NCBI GenBank assembly: GCA_049968235.1
Contig: JBMFRC010000046.1
Location: 1-796, forward strand
Source: Candidatus Hydrogenedens sp.
Lineage (GTDB): Bacteria; Hydrogenedentota; Hydrogenedentia; Hydrogenedentales; Hydrogenedentaceae
Length of the DNA: 796 bases
Direction: 5' to 3'
Made by a program: the position numbers and the translations under genes. Shown here piece after piece: positions 1 through 796 of the stretch (position 1 is the stretch's first letter; every line of letters starts with the position of its first letter). The notes beneath the pieces are model-generated. The model was not told the DNA's origin. It saw only the letters and a program-made list of their open reading frames with translations, and did no database searches.

Positions 1-388
1 GCTTTTGAATATATTTAGCTATTATATTAGCATCATACATTAATTCATAATTACTTTCTGGTAGTTTAATATTTTTTGCAGTAATATATACATTATCAGT
101 TTTATCAATTTTAAGTAGTTGTATTGGCTTTGTTAATATGTAATTAACATTGTAAGATATAAAGCCATCAGTAATCAATAGATTTGCAATTTCATTAAGA
201 ATTTTAGTTAATGGTTTTTCTAATGCATCAATAGTAGCAAAGTTTAATAGTTTTGCTCTAATGCTTTTTCTTTCAATAGCGTCATTAAGTTGAGTTACTA
301 AATCATCGTATTCAATATTGATTTGTTGATTAGAAGCATAAGTAAAATATTCAATTATAAAACCTTCTTTTTGAAATTTTGATAGCAT
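1..388 (-). CDS. 3'-truncated CDS for a hypothetical protein, with the N-terminal 129 codons in the window: MLSKFQKEGFIIEYFTYASNQQINIEYDDLVTQLNDAIERKSIRAKLLNFATIDALEKPLTKILNEIANLLITDGFISYNVNYILTKPIQLLKIDKTDNVYITAKNIKLPESNYELMYDANIIAKYIQK...
   Basis: By hand translation, the minus-strand frame with codons at plus positions ≡2 mod 3 has no TTA, CTA or TCA triplets anywhere from 499 down to position 1. The other two minus frames carry more than 30 stops between them over the same span. ATG at 386-388 (plus-strand 'cat') is the first canonical start downstream of the gene A stop. The ORF runs off the left edge, which explains why the ORF track omits it. It is co-directional with gene A and 76 bp downstream of it, and no strong SD precedes the ATG (...TTTTAAGATTGAA-ATG). 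Confidence 0.6.
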   Translation of the reverse strand, partial: MLSKFQKEGFIIEYFTYASNQQINIEYDDLVTQLNDAIERKSIRAKLLNFATIDALEKPLTKILNEIANLLITDGFISYNVNYILTKPIQLLKIDKTDNVYITAKNIKLPESNYELMYDANIIAKYIQK

Positions 389-464
389 TTCAATCTTAAA
401 ATTAATAAATAGATAGTTGTTATAGCTTCTGTATGGTAAAGTAAATACTAACATAAAAAATAAT
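389..464 (-). promoter_or_regulatory. AT-rich intergenic spacer between gene A and gene B, with a possible weak sigma70-like promoter. On the minus strand TTTACT (plus ~440-445) and TATAAC (plus 419-424) are separated by 15 bp. Alternatively it is simply the read-through region of an operon.
   Basis: Minus-strand sequence AAATTATTTTTTATGTTAGTATTTACTTTACCATACAGAAGCTATAACAACTATCTATTTATTAATTTTAAGATTGAA-ATG. Hexamer-like matches are common in DNA this AT-rich, and the spacing is suboptimal. No GC-rich hairpin follows the gene A stop, so transcription probably continues into gene B. Confidence 0.15.
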
Positions 465-796
465 TTATTGTGTATGCATTTTCTGTATAGTATCTTTTGC
501 TATTTCTTTTTTTGTTTTATCTATAGCAACATCTGCATCTATAAAATCTTTTATTGCATCTATTACATGAAATCTAATCTTTCTATGTCTGGCGAATTTG
601 AAATTACGTAGATGGAATAGTGTTCTTAGTATTTTATGCTTTATTGATTTGTATTTTATATATGTAGCTAGTATATCTTCATTCTTGATTGTCGAATACA
701 ATTGGTTTAAGCCAATGTAAATAAAATTTACTGATAATCTATCACCTCCATATGTAATGCCATAATCATCTGTATTGGCAATTACATATTTCTCAT
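465..796 (-). CDS. 5'-truncated CDS for a hypothetical protein, of which the last ~110 codons are in the window. The visible sequence is ...EKYVIANTDDYGITYGGDRLSVNFIYIGLNQ(L)YSTIKNEDILATYIKYKSIKHKILRTLFHLRNFKFARHRKIRFHVIDAIKDFIDADVAIDKTKKEIAKDTIQKMHTQ*. The C-terminus is basic and may be HEPN-like (R-x6-H).
   Basis: By hand translation, the minus-strand frame with codons at plus positions ≡0 mod 3 is open from the window edge (796) to TAA at 465-467. The ORF track begins at TTG (699-701) only because that is the first start-like codon. The 32 codons upstream of it are stop-free in roughly 24% GC DNA, where about 9% of random codons would be stops, and they read as plausible protein. No Shine-Dalgarno-like sequence precedes the TTG. 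I therefore take the true start to lie off-window to the right. Codon usage (ATA, AAA, AAT, TTT rich) matches the neighbouring ORF. Confidence 0.6.
   Translation of the reverse strand, partial: EKYVIANTDDYGITYGGDRLSVNFIYIGLNQLYSTIKNEDILATYIKYKSIKHKILRTLFHLRNFKFARHRKIRFHVIDAIKDFIDADVAIDKTKKEIAKDTIQKMHTQ

Noticed and set aside
1-464. Plus-strand coding in the left half.
   Set aside because: Every plus-strand frame is dense with TAA, TAG and TGA (for example taa at 41, 134, 209, 221, 245, 299; tag at 62, 116, 179, 248, 383). The only long open frame is on the minus strand.
440-482. Rho-independent terminator after the gene A stop, suggested by the T-rich run AAATTATTTTTTATG on the minus strand.
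   Set aside because: No GC-containing stem precedes the T-run. The only palindrome nearby is the 6-bp ATGCAT, which cannot form a hairpin. T-runs are ubiquitous at this AT content.
699-701. TTG at 699-701 as the real translation start of gene A, as implied by the ORF track.
   Set aside because: The frame continues open for 32 more codons to the window edge with protein-like sequence, and no RBS precedes the TTG. It is more likely an internal Leu codon.
741-779. Reverse-transcriptase YxDD motif, GGDEF diguanylate-cyclase motif or family B polymerase YGDTDS at ...YVIANTDDYGITYGGD...
   Set aside because: The residue order and spacing do not match any of these signatures. RT motif C needs an aromatic immediately before xDD, GGDEF needs GG[DE]EF with a distant upstream Asp, and Pol B needs YGDTDS. 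Only a generic acidic-motif resemblance remains, and it is reported as low-confidence inference.
1-796. CRISPR array, tandem repeats, or IS/transposon terminal inverted repeats.
   Set aside because: Only 7-9-mer chance repeats were found (gttttatc at 99-106 and 514-521, ttttgct at 251-257 and 494-500, atagatag at 409-416, gtaaagtaaa at 436-445). There are no regularly spaced repeats of ≥20 bp and no inverted termini.
1-796. tRNA, ncRNA or riboswitch.
   Set aside because: The sequence is about 24% GC throughout with no GC-rich stems or cloverleaf-capable segments, and both strands are dominated by the two minus-strand ORFs.

Overview
This 796-bp window is extremely AT-rich (about 24% GC by hand count) and appears to be coding on the minus strand almost end to end. 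Two co-directional minus-strand genes are separated by a 76-bp AT-rich spacer. Gene A is the C-terminal part of a gene that most likely begins beyond the right edge of the window. Its frame is open from position 796 down to a TAA stop at 465-467, and the supplied ORF-track call (465..701 from a TTG) is only its last 78 codons. Gene B starts at the ATG at 386-388 and stays open through position 1, so it is truncated at the 3' end by the window. The ORF track does not list it because it has no in-window stop. Neither product can be confidently assigned to a known family from sequence alone. Gene A has a very basic, His/Arg-rich C-terminus with two overlapping R-x6-H motifs (RNFKFARH and RHRKIRFH), which is the pattern of HEPN-type RNase active sites. 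Upstream of that it carries an acidic, glycine-rich motif (NTDDYGITYGGD). The arrangement is compatible with a small accessory operon such as an abortive-infection or toxin-like module, but that reading is inference only. I found no RNA genes, CRISPR repeats, mobile-element ends or convincing terminators.
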